This document shows, piece by piece, positions 1-8,951 of a stretch of DNA of 64,000 bases. How positions within the stretch are numbered: position 1 is the stretch's first letter; each line of letters begins with the position of its first letter. Origin of the DNA: a virus; IMG/VR virus record IMGVR_UViG_3300033145_001598, positions 1 to 64,000 of that record; one strand, given 5' to 3'. The translations under genes were made by a program, and so were the position numbers. Under the pieces are notes generated by a model that saw only the letters and a list, made by a program, of their open reading frames with translations, did not search any database and was not told the DNA's origin.

Positions 1-759
1 GTACGTAGGCCTAAGTACTGGAAGAACCTAGGAGTACCTGAGCTTGATGAGAAGTGTGCCTATGGCTATAGCAAGGTTAGGGACTTAGCTAAGGATGGTA
101 GACTTATAATCAAGGACGTCACCCATGGTGGTACTCTAGCCTTTGCTGAGTATTTGATTCAGTACTATCAGGAGAAGTACCCGAGCCGGCGTATTATCTA
201 TATCCTGGATAACTTCCATAAGCTAAACGATTTCATGAACCTTAAGGATGAAAGAGCTCGTTTTAAACAACTCTCTCAAGCTATCAAGAGAATGGCAGAA
301 CAGTTCTCTATTCCTATCTTGAGCACAGTTGAATATACAAAGCTAGCTCCTGGCATCAAGCCAACTAACCATAACATTGCAGAAACTGCACAGATTGAGT
401 ATGATGCTAACTTCATAGCTCATATATATAGTGAAGTGTCTGACATACCAGCAGCCTTTTCTATCTGTCATAGAGATAGCAACTGGAATGGAGACAATCA
501 AATTCTTCCTAGAGTAGAAGTTGTAGTAGGAAAGAATAAGATTACGGAAGTAAAACACTCTATATTCTTAGACTTCTGGCCAGGTAGTTCAGACTATGGC
601 TATGTCAGTCAAGAGGTTGTATCTGCTGAAGCTAAGGAGATGAGAGGGCACCGTGAACATAGCCCAGTAGATGATAGGTTTGGTGACCCTAGTATATTTT
701 TTGATAACAAAAACCCTAAAAATGGTAATGGAGATAGACGCTTTGAGTCCCCTGTATGA
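1..759 (+). CDS. dnaB: DnaB-like replicative helicase, C-terminal part (5' end outside window)
   Basis: Frame is open from position 1. ILDNFHKL (Walker B-like), LSQAIKRMAEQFSIPI, IEYDAN (cf. IEQDAD) and VGKNK (cf. AKNR) follow DnaB motif order. Confidence 0.8.
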   Translation, partial: VRRPKYWKNLGVPELDEKCAYGYSKVRDLAKDGRLIIKDVTHGGTLAFAEYLIQYYQEKYPSRRIIYILDNFHKLNDFMNLKDERARFKQLSQAIKRMAEQFSIPILSTVEYTKLAPGIKPTNHNIAETAQIEYDANFIAHIYSEVSDIPAAFSICHRDSNWNGDNQILPRVEVVVGKNKITEVKHSIFLDFWPGSSDYGYVSQEVVSAEAKEMRGHREHSPVDDRFGDPSIFFDNKNPKNGNGDRRFESPV

Positions 760-928
760 TTTTGAATGTATAAATAAAGAATGTGAAACTAAAACTTTTG
801 AAGAGGAGGTAAAACTAAATGATTTGGAAGAAAATAAAATCCTTTGTCCTGAGTGTAATCAAGAAGCTAAAAGACTTATTTCTCCGCTTAAAACGCGCCA
901 TGGGTCTTGGTCAAGATGGAACGTCTGA
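743..928 (+). CDS. FmdB-family zinc-ribbon protein
   Basis: PLYDFEC..EC ... CPEC..AKRLIS pattern; likely TTG start at 743 after GGAG (ORF track extends to 671). Confidence 0.65.
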   Translation: MSPLYDFECINKECETKTFEEEVKLNDLEENKILCPECNQEAKRLISPLKTRHGSWSRWNV

Positions 929-935
929 GTAAACT

Positions 936-1337
936 ATGGACGTAAAAGAATGTGACATTAAGGAATGTCGTAACCAATACAAGCCAGGTCTTGGCAATAG
1001 CCCTATTTTTCTTGGCAAACGTTACGACCTATGTTCAGAATGTTATGACAAGATGGTTGAATGGGTCGAAGAATATTTAGATAACGGGGCTGCTGCTGCA
1101 GGGTTCGCCCCACAAGTAACTTATTATCCTCATCATTCAGTTCCTGATCTCCAGCCTGCTTATGCGGGGGACGATGTTATTATAGGAACAATCGCCCACC
1201 CACCAGAAAATAACCTAAGATATGACCGTGTTATTTCTAGTGGTACTCCTTTTATTGGTTGGAATACCAACAGTTCTATAATGCCATCTGGAGTAATCTT
1301 AACTACAACCAACACCAGCGATGGAGAAGATGAATGA
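936..1337 (+). CDS. hypothetical protein with N-terminal Cys pairs
   Basis: CDIKEC...CSEC; tightly packed with neighbours. Confidence 0.5.
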   Translation: MDVKECDIKECRNQYKPGLGNSPIFLGKRYDLCSECYDKMVEWVEEYLDNGAAAAGFAPQVTYYPHHSVPDLQPAYAGDDVIIGTIAHPPENNLRYDRVISSGTPFIGWNTNSSIMPSGVILTTTNTSDGEDE

Positions 1338-2290
1338 AAACTTTAGTTAAACTACTACCATATATAGTTACTGCTTTGTTGGTAGGTACTATTGCGCTTC
1401 ACTATTATAATAAGAGCTGTCAGTTAGATGACATCCTTAAGGCTAGGGACAGTGAGCTTCTTCAGGGAGATATGAAATTGGGCCGGGCTAAGACAAGGCT
1501 TGCCGACGCTAGAGCCATGATTGAAAACTTAGATGAGAGAGTACAAGAAGAGATAAAGAAAAGACAGGCTTCTGTTAACCTATATTCTGACTTAGAAGCT
1601 AGGTATGAAGCAGAAGAGACAGGAGTTAAGATTATTACTCGTGTTGTATATCGCAAACGAGGGGACAATATATCTATTAAACCTCCTGATGGTGTAATGT
1701 TTATTAAAACAGAGGATAACAAGTTTAAAGAAGTTACTTCAATGAAGTTCGCTTATGAAGATTTTCGCATTACTATTGATGGAGATGCTGTTCAGCAAAC
1801 TTTATCCTACAAACTTCATCAACGGTTTAGGGGAACGTTTACAGAGACAACCTTACCAACAGGAGCTCGCAATCACTACGCTGCTATCTATGAGATGAAT
1901 AAGAAAGGAGAGGATATAGGAAAGATGCAGCTTGAGAAGTTCAATGTTGTTAGAAGCAACGAACTTAAAGCTAGGATGTTTTGGTGGAATCCTAAGATCG
2001 ATTTACATGTGGGTGTTGGTGTTGACACTGTACCTGGTTTCAGTTGGGTAGCTGATGTTGGTGTTTCTTTCTCAGCATACGGTCTAACTAAGAATGACCT
2101 CTCTTGGCGGTTCTTTAGACTCGGTCTAGGGGTAACCAACCAGAACTTTTCTCTTACTATCGTCCCTGCCCAGTACAACCTGGGCAGCAATCTTCCGCTA
2201 ATAAGCAACCTGTGGGTAACACCCTTCGCAGGTTGGAACGTTACCTCTAACTTGGCGCACTTTGGTCTAGGAGTCGCCGTTGTCTTTTAA
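1334..2290 (+). CDS. envelope protein: N-terminal TM anchor, coiled coil, C-terminal amphipathic beta-strands
   Basis: LLPYIVTALLVGTIAL hydrophobic segment; helical heptad-like region; alternating strands ending GLGVAVVF. Confidence 0.55.
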   Translation: MKTLVKLLPYIVTALLVGTIALHYYNKSCQLDDILKARDSELLQGDMKLGRAKTRLADARAMIENLDERVQEEIKKRQASVNLYSDLEARYEAEETGVKIITRVVYRKRGDNISIKPPDGVMFIKTEDNKFKEVTSMKFAYEDFRITIDGDAVQQTLSYKLHQRFRGTFTETTLPTGARNHYAAIYEMNKKGEDIGKMQLEKFNVVRSNELKARMFWWNPKIDLHVGVGVDTVPGFSWVADVGVSFSAYGLTKNDLSWRFFRLGLGVTNQNFSLTIVPAQYNLGSNLPLISNLWVTPFAGWNVTSNLAHFGLGVAVVF

Positions 2291-2660
2291 ACTACCGGAT
2301 CTTCACTACTGTAATACTATATATACTGACAATAAAAAGGCTATTAGTGACATAAACCCGCTATTGCTACAGAAATATAAGAAAAAGAAAATGTTAGTTA
2401 TTTGTGCTAGAGAAGGCCAGCTCATCAGAATCGGCAAGTTATTACAGCAGACAGAGTATAAAGACAAGAAGATCATGGCTTTCGGATGGTGGTCCTGTGA
2501 TGAAGCTGGACTTATTACCACTGTAGGTACAGTAGATAAAACCTTTTTATTTAGCTTTGATGCAGTAGTTATCCTAGACAAAAGAAGAATAGACTCTGTG
2601 TTTGACCATCTAATATCAGCAGTAGAGGCTCTATGTACATCATCAAACCCCAAAACATAG
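2280..2660 (+). CDS. hypothetical protein
   Basis: ORF overlapping both neighbours in operon-like fashion. Confidence 0.45.
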   Translation: MSFKLPDLHYCNTIYTDNKKAISDINPLLLQKYKKKKMLVICAREGQLIRIGKLLQQTEYKDKKIMAFGWWSCDEAGLITTVGTVDKTFLFSFDAVVILDKRRIDSVFDHLISAVEALCTSSNPKT

Positions 2661-3340
2661 CAGCATATACAAGGTGTCCCAGAAAGGCTCATCATCTCTG
2701 GAAACAGAAGCCTCCCTCCACTGTTGTTTCTCAAGTAATAAGTAAAATTATCCAGGTCGCATACTCACATCACGCTAAGACGAACGAGGCGCCCCTGTGG
2801 CGGCGTTTTCCTCCCTGGCTGGACCTCCACGTACCTATAGAGTGGAGAGCCCTAGAAGGAGCAGAGAGATACTCTCAGGGCTTAGACCTTTTAGTTAGGC
2901 TATCCTCTTGGTACAACAACTACTATGTGGATTCAGCTGCTCCAGGGCTAGTTAACTTCCCTGTTAGCAAGCCTGTAGGAGAGTATTTTTCTTTCTCTGA
3001 CACTATTCCTATTGTAGAAATAGGTAGTAAAGTCAAGCTATTAGATATTGTTGAAGGAGATTCTAATGTGAGTGGTAGGTCTCTATACAATGATTTTGCT
3101 ATTCAGGCTAGGATCTGGGGTTTCTACATGTTTTCTGATATAATGCCTGATGAATATGTTCAATTGGTTATCCAACCTAAGTCTATTAGACCTGTTTCAA
3201 TTAACATAACAGAGAAGGCCCTTGAAAAAACAGGGAAAATGGTTAATCATATAGTACATAGCATAATGAAAGGTATGTATTATCCTTCATTTTCTGAGCA
3301 GTGTCAAAAATGTCCGTATGCTGCCAGGTGTAGTATCTAA
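2633..3340 (+). CDS. Cas4/RecB-like PD-(D/E)XK-fold protein, catalytic site possibly degenerate
   Basis: N-terminal CPR, QARIW motif and C-terminal CQKCPYAARC (split Fe-S ligand pattern); canonical D-x-K not clear. Confidence 0.6.
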   Translation: MYIIKPQNIAAYTRCPRKAHHLWKQKPPSTVVSQVISKIIQVAYSHHAKTNEAPLWRRFPPWLDLHVPIEWRALEGAERYSQGLDLLVRLSSWYNNYYVDSAAPGLVNFPVSKPVGEYFSFSDTIPIVEIGSKVKLLDIVEGDSNVSGRSLYNDFAIQARIWGFYMFSDIMPDEYVQLVIQPKSIRPVSINITEKALEKTGKMVNHIVHSIMKGMYYPSFSEQCQKCPYAARCSI

Positions 3341-3449
3341 AGGGGGAAATAACAGTTGTTAAAAATTAAAGACAAGCATAATCGTACAAAATTTATACTC
3401 AGGGACGAGGACGATGAACCCTTGAGTATTGATGAATTAATTCTTAAGG

Positions 3450-3821
3450 ATGAAAAGGAACAGGAGAAGAAGAATGCCGACAAGAAATCCAAAAGACCAG
3501 CCACTAAGCGTTAGTGGTATTCCACAACGAAGAGACGAGCCCGAAGTAGCTACTTGCAAGAAGTGTGAGAACACATGGTTTGAACAGCTTGTAGTTTTTC
3601 AGTATCCAAAGCATCACAGTGTAGTGCTAGGACAAGAGGTGCCACGTCAATCTCAGATTGGTTTCTATCTAATGAAATGTGCTAAGTGTGGGGAACTTCA
3701 TGAACCTAAGGTTCAGATAGGTCCTCAAGATAGTGCTAGAAAGAAATACGATCAGTTCTGGGACGATATGGAAGCTCCGATACCTGAAAAGGTTCCGGGT
3801 TCTCTTGGTGAAAAAATATAG
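3450..3821 (+). CDS. zinc-ribbon hypothetical protein
   Basis: CKKC...CAKC; true start may be ATG 3474. Confidence 0.55.
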   Translation: MKRNRRRRMPTRNPKDQPLSVSGIPQRRDEPEVATCKKCENTWFEQLVVFQYPKHHSVVLGQEVPRQSQIGFYLMKCAKCGELHEPKVQIGPQDSARKKYDQFWDDMEAPIPEKVPGSLGEKI

Positions 3822-4100
3822 ATGAAACTGATAGATAGCAATAGATATTATTTACCAGGAACAAGTGGTAGATGGATTCATATTGCTACTGTTCATCATG
3901 GTCTTAGAGAATACATGTGTTTTGCTGATAGATCTAACAACAAGATGTACATAGAAGAGATTACAGGTGGTTCTCTAGAATTTATAGACGATGATAGTTT
4001 AGCTCAAGGGCTAGCTGATTTTGTAACAGACAGATGTGTACTAGATGTAACTAAGCCTCTTCTATCAGACAACGAGTGGTTACGTAAGAGCAAACAGTGA
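3822..4100 (+). CDS. hypothetical protein
   Basis: ATG directly follows the upstream stop. Confidence 0.5.
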   Translation: MKLIDSNRYYLPGTSGRWIHIATVHHGLREYMCFADRSNNKMYIEEITGGSLEFIDDDSLAQGLADFVTDRCVLDVTKPLLSDNEWLRKSKQ

Positions 4101-4732
4101 AAGAAAGAAGATTTAGATATAGCTATAGATATAATTCTTCTAAGCTCCATAAGAGAGTAGGCGACACTCTACGTAGTGGTGTTTTCTCAGGTTTCAAGCT
4201 ATTCCAGGAATATCCTGTCAATAAGGTCTTAGATTCTTACCCGTCAGGGCGTCATAAGTTTGACTGGGTTATCCTAGACATTGGTTTAGTTATTGAATGC
4301 CATGGTGAACAACACTACAAACCAGTTAGCTTTGGTGGAAGAGAAGACACTGGAGCAGGACAAAGATTCAAAGAACAAGTAGAGAGAGATAGGATAAAGA
4401 AGGAGGCAGCTGAGGAAGCTGGGTTTACTTACATAGCAATTCCACATTGGGATTACAAAATTATAAATGAAAACTATATCTGGGACCTGTATCAGCAGAA
4501 TAAGAATGTGAAGGTAGTTGAGAAGCCTCAGAAGGCTCCTGACGATCCTTGGAAAGAGAAGCAGAAGATATATGCTAGAGAGTATAGACAGCAGGCTTAT
4601 CAGCGACAGAAGGAATGGATAAAGAAGATGAAGTCCCAGAAGGAGGTCGACGATGAGTCGTCGTCTAGTGGATATTCGAAAAGAAATACCTCGTCACAGC
4701 AAAAGAAAGTGGCGAAAGAGGGACAAAGCTAG
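4097..4732 (+). CDS. DUF559/Vsr-like endonuclease
   Basis: QEYP...FDW...IECHGEQHY...RDRIK motif order. Confidence 0.7.
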   Translation: MKERRFRYSYRYNSSKLHKRVGDTLRSGVFSGFKLFQEYPVNKVLDSYPSGRHKFDWVILDIGLVIECHGEQHYKPVSFGGREDTGAGQRFKEQVERDRIKKEAAEEAGFTYIAIPHWDYKIINENYIWDLYQQNKNVKVVEKPQKAPDDPWKEKQKIYAREYRQQAYQRQKEWIKKMKSQKEVDDESSSSGYSKRNTSSQQKKVAKEGQS

Positions 4733-5315
4733 TAGAATAGTCCTTCATACCACAGCTAGTTCTAACCAGAACCCGTATAAAACGGCACGTTATCATATCA
4801 AACCAGGCAAACAGAATCACATTTCAAAAAGAGGATGTCCAGGAATTTGTTACCATGATTTTATTACACAAGACGGCACAATATATCATTGCAATGATTA
4901 TACAGACGTTACTTGGCACGCTGGTGCATACAATTCTAGATCGGTTGGAGTCACGATGGCATTTAAAGGCCAAGATGGTGGACTACCAGATCCTTTACAA
5001 TGGCGCGCGGCTATAGATCACGTAGTAGTTCTTTGCCTATACTTGAAAGTATTTCCTTACCATGTGATAGGACACAGAGAAGTTCCGTTCATGGTCACTA
5101 TACTAGGCAATGGATCCAAGAGATATAAGAAGACTTGTCCTGGGATGGGTGTTAATATGGATCTGTTTCGTCATACAGTAACCATTTGTTTGCAGAACAG
5201 ACTACAACTAGAAGGCCTATATACTGCAGACATAGATGGTCATTTTGGCAAGAAGTCCAAAAAAGCATTACATGCCTTTAGGATTACAGACAAAAGTGTC
5301 GACTGGAGAGTATAG
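4653..5315 (+). CDS. N-acetylmuramoyl-L-alanine amidase (endolysin) with C-terminal PG-binding motif
   Basis: IVLHTT, YHDFI..DG, WHAG..NSRSVG, GHRE and KTCPG Zn-amidase motifs; IDGHFGKKS tail. Confidence 0.85.
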   Translation: MSRRLVDIRKEIPRHSKRKWRKRDKASRIVLHTTASSNQNPYKTARYHIKPGKQNHISKRGCPGICYHDFITQDGTIYHCNDYTDVTWHAGAYNSRSVGVTMAFKGQDGGLPDPLQWRAAIDHVVVLCLYLKVFPYHVIGHREVPFMVTILGNGSKRYKKTCPGMGVNMDLFRHTVTICLQNRLQLEGLYTADIDGHFGKKSKKALHAFRITDKSVDWRV

Positions 5316-5914
5316 TGTCATTTTCACCTAATCTGAAAAGATGTCCAAAATGTAGAAAAGAAAAAGAAACAGAAGAGTTTCATAAAGACAAACATCGTAA
5401 GGATGGTTTATATGTTTATTGTAAAAGTTGTTGTACTGATCAACAAAGACAACACCGTGCTAAATATGCAAAATCTTTAGCTATCATGGAACAAGCTAGA
5501 AATCAGACTCCAGAGCGCAAAGAATCTCGTAAAAAATATAAAAAGTCAGAAAAATTTAAGAAACAGAATAGAAAATATGAAGCTCAGAGGCGACGGGAAA
5601 ATATTGGATTTAAGATAAGTGCTAATCTGCGAGGGAGACTCTATCATGCAATTAAAGATGGAGCTAAAGGGGGATCTGCAGTAAATGATCTAGGATGTAG
5701 CGTAGATGAGCTGAAGAAATATTTAGAAGCCAAGTTTAAGCCTGGGATGAGTTGGGATAATTGGGCTAGAAAAGGATGGCATATTGATCATATTGTCCCA
5801 TTAAATTATTTTGACTTATCTGATCCCAAACAAGTTGTTAGGGCCTGTCATTATACCAATCTTCAACCATTATGGTATTACGAAAATGGGTCTAAAGGAG
5901 CTAAGTGTGTATAG
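5315..5914 (+). CDS. HNH homing-endonuclease-like protein
   Basis: CPKC/CKSC N-terminus; WHIDHIVP...NLQPLW..EN..K. Confidence 0.8.
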   Translation: MSFSPNLKRCPKCRKEKETEEFHKDKHRKDGLYVYCKSCCTDQQRQHRAKYAKSLAIMEQARNQTPERKESRKKYKKSEKFKKQNRKYEAQRRRENIGFKISANLRGRLYHAIKDGAKGGSAVNDLGCSVDELKKYLEAKFKPGMSWDNWARKGWHIDHIVPLNYFDLSDPKQVVRACHYTNLQPLWYYENGSKGAKCV

Positions 5915-6512
5915 AAAGACCATTTGGTCGCCTGTCGAAGTAGAATATCTTAAGAAGCATCGTCATGACGCAGTCAATCAGTTAACTATAGCTTTAGCTA
6001 AGAGTCAGCATGCTGTCCGTAAGAGAATAAAGCAGGGCTTTGATGGCAAGGTTTTATCTACCAAGAAGCCTAACCAGAGATATAGCAAGATAGGAAAAAG
6101 GAAAGACTGTAACAATATGTTCTTTAGATCTGGCTGGGAAGCTAATGTTTACAGGCTTTTACGTACAGACAAGGATATCAAGCTTATAGAGTACGAGCCG
6201 ACCACCTTCTCCTTCACTTCTTTTGGGATATTAAAAGGCACAGTTAGCTATACACCAGACTTTAAAATTACTTACCAGGACGGTAGCTATGAGTGGATAG
6301 AGGTCAAGGGTGGGTGGATGAAAGCTGCTGACAAGACTAAGTTACGGCGTTTTAAGAAGTTTTTTCCAGATGAGTATGATAAGCTAGTAGCTGTGACACC
6401 TGGTCCTACCTCAAAAACAACCAAATTCTTTGAGGACTTCGATGTCCCGATAAAATGGCACTACCCCGAACTGAACAAGACCTATCGAAAGACTATTCCC
6501 AACTGGGAGTAG
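5907..6512 (+). CDS. PD-(D/E)XK endonuclease with N-terminal helical domain
   Basis: FRSGWEA, YEP, YTPDF, IEVKG; GTG start at 5907 after AAGGAG. Confidence 0.75.
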   Translation: MYRKTIWSPVEVEYLKKHRHDAVNQLTIALAKSQHAVRKRIKQGFDGKVLSTKKPNQRYSKIGKRKDCNNMFFRSGWEANVYRLLRTDKDIKLIEYEPTTFSFTSFGILKGTVSYTPDFKITYQDGSYEWIEVKGGWMKAADKTKLRRFKKFFPDEYDKLVAVTPGPTSKTTKFFEDFDVPIKWHYPELNKTYRKTIPNWE

Positions 6513-6514
6513 AG

Positions 6515-7105
6515 GTGTGCGTTCTCATAGATTACTTCCTGCCCTTATGTAAGGGCATCACCCCAAATTATAACCATTGGTTCTTCCGCTTATTCATCCC
6601 TGAACGTGCTAGTGGTGAGGTTGCCTACGGTACTCCTACTGATACTAGAGGGGTCCAGGAAGTTCTACAACGTGCTTGGTGGGTTGAAGAAGAAGACATC
6701 ATTCAACAAGTAATGATGGCCATATATGACGGCGGGCTTAATCCTAAAAACTATATCAAAAGTCCTGTAGCTAGATATCTTAGGGATTGGTTGCTGAAGG
6801 AAGGTAGGGTTTTAAGTAGGACATATGCTGAGAAGAACTGTTGGTTTGATGCTAAATACTCTTACCAAGAGCATAAAGAGCCCAATGTTTCTATGGTATT
6901 TAATAATAATTTTCTAGCTGAATGTAGCTTGACACTATTTGAGAAGTATCTATTATACTTAATGAACGTTCTCCACATGTCTAAAGCAGAATCAAGTAGA
7001 CAGTTGGGAGAATATAAGATGCAAATAAGTCGTTTTTTTATTAAACTATCTGAAAAACTACAAGGAGTAACTGATGCCAGCAAGGAACCAACAAGACTTT
7101 GTTAA
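6515..7105 (+). CDS. phage sigma-factor-like protein (region 4 HTH)
   Basis: EDIIQQ (region 2-like) and LTLFEKYLLYL...MSKAESSRQLG...ISR (region 4-like); GTG at 6515 after GGAG. Confidence 0.55.
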   Translation: MCVLIDYFLPLCKGITPNYNHWFFRLFIPERASGEVAYGTPTDTRGVQEVLQRAWWVEEEDIIQQVMMAIYDGGLNPKNYIKSPVARYLRDWLLKEGRVLSRTYAEKNCWFDAKYSYQEHKEPNVSMVFNNNFLAECSLTLFEKYLLYLMNVLHMSKAESSRQLGEYKMQISRFFIKLSEKLQGVTDASKEPTRLC

Positions 7106-7307
7106 CAATTACAAAGCTGACCAAGGGGATACCCCCAGAAGTATTACCGATAGGCTACAATGGCCAGGGATTGACCATCTTCATATGAAAAGCAGAGAAG
7201 AAATAGCCGAGACCCTAGTTAATGTACTAAAGTCTCGAGCTAATATTACTAATGTAAATTGGGAATTAGGGAAGAGTTATATAGAGATTACTTACCATTC
7301 TGGTTAG
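7074..7307 (+). CDS. hypothetical protein, last gene of + strand block
   Basis: AAGGAG upstream; stop overlaps the convergent gene's stop. Confidence 0.5.
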   Translation: MPARNQQDFVNNYKADQGDTPRSITDRLQWPGIDHLHMKSREEIAETLVNVLKSRANITNVNWELGKSYIEITYHSG

Positions 7308-7933
7308 TCTTCTTCAGTAGCTGAAGTCATCATCCGAGGCTCTTCTTTCTCTTTTTCCTCACCTGGAGCTGTAGGTTTCATTATTTTCTCTACCTCTGGG
7401 GCAATCTTATCCTTATAGGCTGCTAGCAGTTCGTCATTAGTGACTATCTCTTTTTCATCTAAGACTACCAGTAGTGAAGACAACCTAGCTGAGGTCATAA
7501 GAACATTCTGTTCTCCACCACCTACAGCTTGCATTACTTTTACTAAGTCATACATGATTGATGTGATGAGAGAGTTTAGACAATCAACTGCAGTGGCTAG
7601 TCCTTCTAGTGCCTTACGAGTCTGGGCACCATTCAATTTTCCACCCTTAGAAGCCCTCTCTAGGACCTGTGAAACCTTCTTTAGAGCTTCCCGCCTGGCA
7701 CCACTCGTAACATCAAATGCTTCTACAGGGTCCTGTGGAGGTGCATCTTCTAATTCATCTATTACTTCTTCTACTTCATCTGGTTGATTAGATTGACGCT
7801 CTTCAAAGTTAGCAATGAGCTCATCAGTATTGTCTATTTTCTCTGATTCTGATGCATCTGTCACATTGACAATTTCCTTCGTTATTCGGGTTGTACTGTT
7901 AGTTTCCTGTTTCGGGTCTGTTGTTGTGGACAT
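7304..7933 (-). CDS. acidic helical hypothetical protein
   Basis: 209 aa ORF, last gene of the - strand block. Confidence 0.55.
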   Translation of the reverse strand: MSTTTDPKQETNSTTRITKEIVNVTDASESEKIDNTDELIANFEERQSNQPDEVEEVIDELEDAPPQDPVEAFDVTSGARREALKKVSQVLERASKGGKLNGAQTRKALEGLATAVDCLNSLITSIMYDLVKVMQAVGGGEQNVLMTSARLSSLLVVLDEKEIVTNDELLAAYKDKIAPEVEKIMKPTAPGEEKEKEEPRMMTSATEED

Positions 7934-8267
7934 ATTGTTGGTTCTCCTGTATGTATTTTTGGATTTCTTCCTGGATTATTCGATTTAATATTTGTCTTTC
8001 GGGTGTACCTTCTATATTTGCAGTAGCAAGTGTTTCTAACGCTGCGTCTTTTAAGATACGATATTTATATATTTCAAAAAAGTTATCTAGAGTATCTATG
8101 TAGAGAAAGCTATTGTCTACTTTAAACTTTCTTTTTATTTCACTTTCTTCTATGTCTCCAGATACTATTCCTAATAGGCGGGGGGAATTGTTATCTATAT
8201 ATACTGCTACTAAATCTTCTGGACCTGTTGGCTTCCAGTCTAGTCTAAACTCTCTCTGTCTAGCCAT
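7899..8267 (-). CDS. hypothetical protein
   Basis: ORF in gene-dense block. Confidence 0.5.
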   Translation of the reverse strand: MARQREFRLDWKPTGPEDLVAVYIDNNSPRLLGIVSGDIEESEIKRKFKVDNSFLYIDTLDNFFEIYKYRILKDAALETLATANIEGTPERQILNRIIQEEIQKYIQENQQYVHNNRPETGN

Positions 8268-8278
8268 TCTTGCCCTTT

Positions 8279-8533
8279 CTAACGAAGTTCTGCTGGTTCA
8301 ATGTCTGTGATATCAAACTCATGGATAGGCTCGTTTTCTCCATAGTCTAGTTCGTCCATAGCTCTACAGATACCTTCTTGTAGTATCTCTGTTGTTGTTG
8401 AGTAGGCATCATTAGCCGATTCTGCTTCGACTATAAGTCGGACTGTTACCTCAAATCTGTCTCTTCCAGGTTGTGATAGAAACCTTTCTCTATCCTCGGG
8501 GTTGGTTCTAGTGAAATCGTTTCTATCCATCAA
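8279..8533 (-). CDS. small acidic hypothetical protein
   Basis: ORF abuts the upstream stop. Confidence 0.5.
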   Translation of the reverse strand: MMDRNDFTRTNPEDRERFLSQPGRDRFEVTVRLIVEAESANDAYSTTTEILQEGICRAMDELDYGENEPIHEFDITDIEPAELR

Positions 8534-8758
8534 TTACTCTCCAAAATTAAATTCTAGTTGTTCTAGTACATTCCTATACGTATACGGCCATTGTTTTTTC
8601 CCATTAATATAGCTGAATTCCATATGGAATATCTGTGACGTAGGTGCAGTCATTGGTTGTGCCTGAACCTCACCTATCCTATATAAAGGAGCTGTTTCCC
8701 TAAACACAGGAATTTGAAATGTTTCACTCATTGTCCATTCTGAATTATTATCTGGCAT
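8534..8758 (-). CDS. mini-protein resembling the T4-type gp23 Gol-region fragment, QLEFNF tail
   Basis: IPVFRETAP...QPMTAPTSQIF resembles gp23 VRRAIP...VQPMNSPTGQVF. Confidence 0.5.
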   Translation of the reverse strand: MPDNNSEWTMSETFQIPVFRETAPLYRIGEVQAQPMTAPTSQIFHMEFSYINGKKQWPYTYRNVLEQLEFNFGE

Positions 8759-8951
8759 CGAAATTGAACTCCAATTGTACTAGTACCTTACGATACATAA
8801 GTTCTATTTTTCTATTGATTATTTTATCGTGCATAGCAATGACATCATAATTAATAGCGCTAAGATCTGGTGCCCGCCACCTAACCACTTGGTCTATAGG
8901 AAATGTTCGTGCTGTTACATTAATAGATGGCATCCTTAATCCTGGTGGCAT
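8748..8951 (-). CDS. mini-protein with QLEFNF tail
   Basis: Ends YRKVLVQLEFNFDAR, closely matching the tail of 8534-8758. Confidence 0.5.
   Translation of the reverse strand: MPPGLRMPSINVTARTFPIDQVVRWRAPDLSAINYDVIAMHDKIINRKIELMYRKVLVQLEFNFDAR

Noticed and set aside
2633-3340. Cas4-like gene as evidence of CRISPR-Cas
   Set aside because: No repeat-spacer array or other cas genes in the window; solo Cas4-like nucleases are common in phages.
3450-4100. Genome-wide TAG recoding suggested by in-frame TAG-ATG junctions (also 21244/21243)
   Set aside because: Long conserved genes (RecA, DnaE, RNR, RtcB) have no internal TAG, and the same abutting junctions also occur with TAA.
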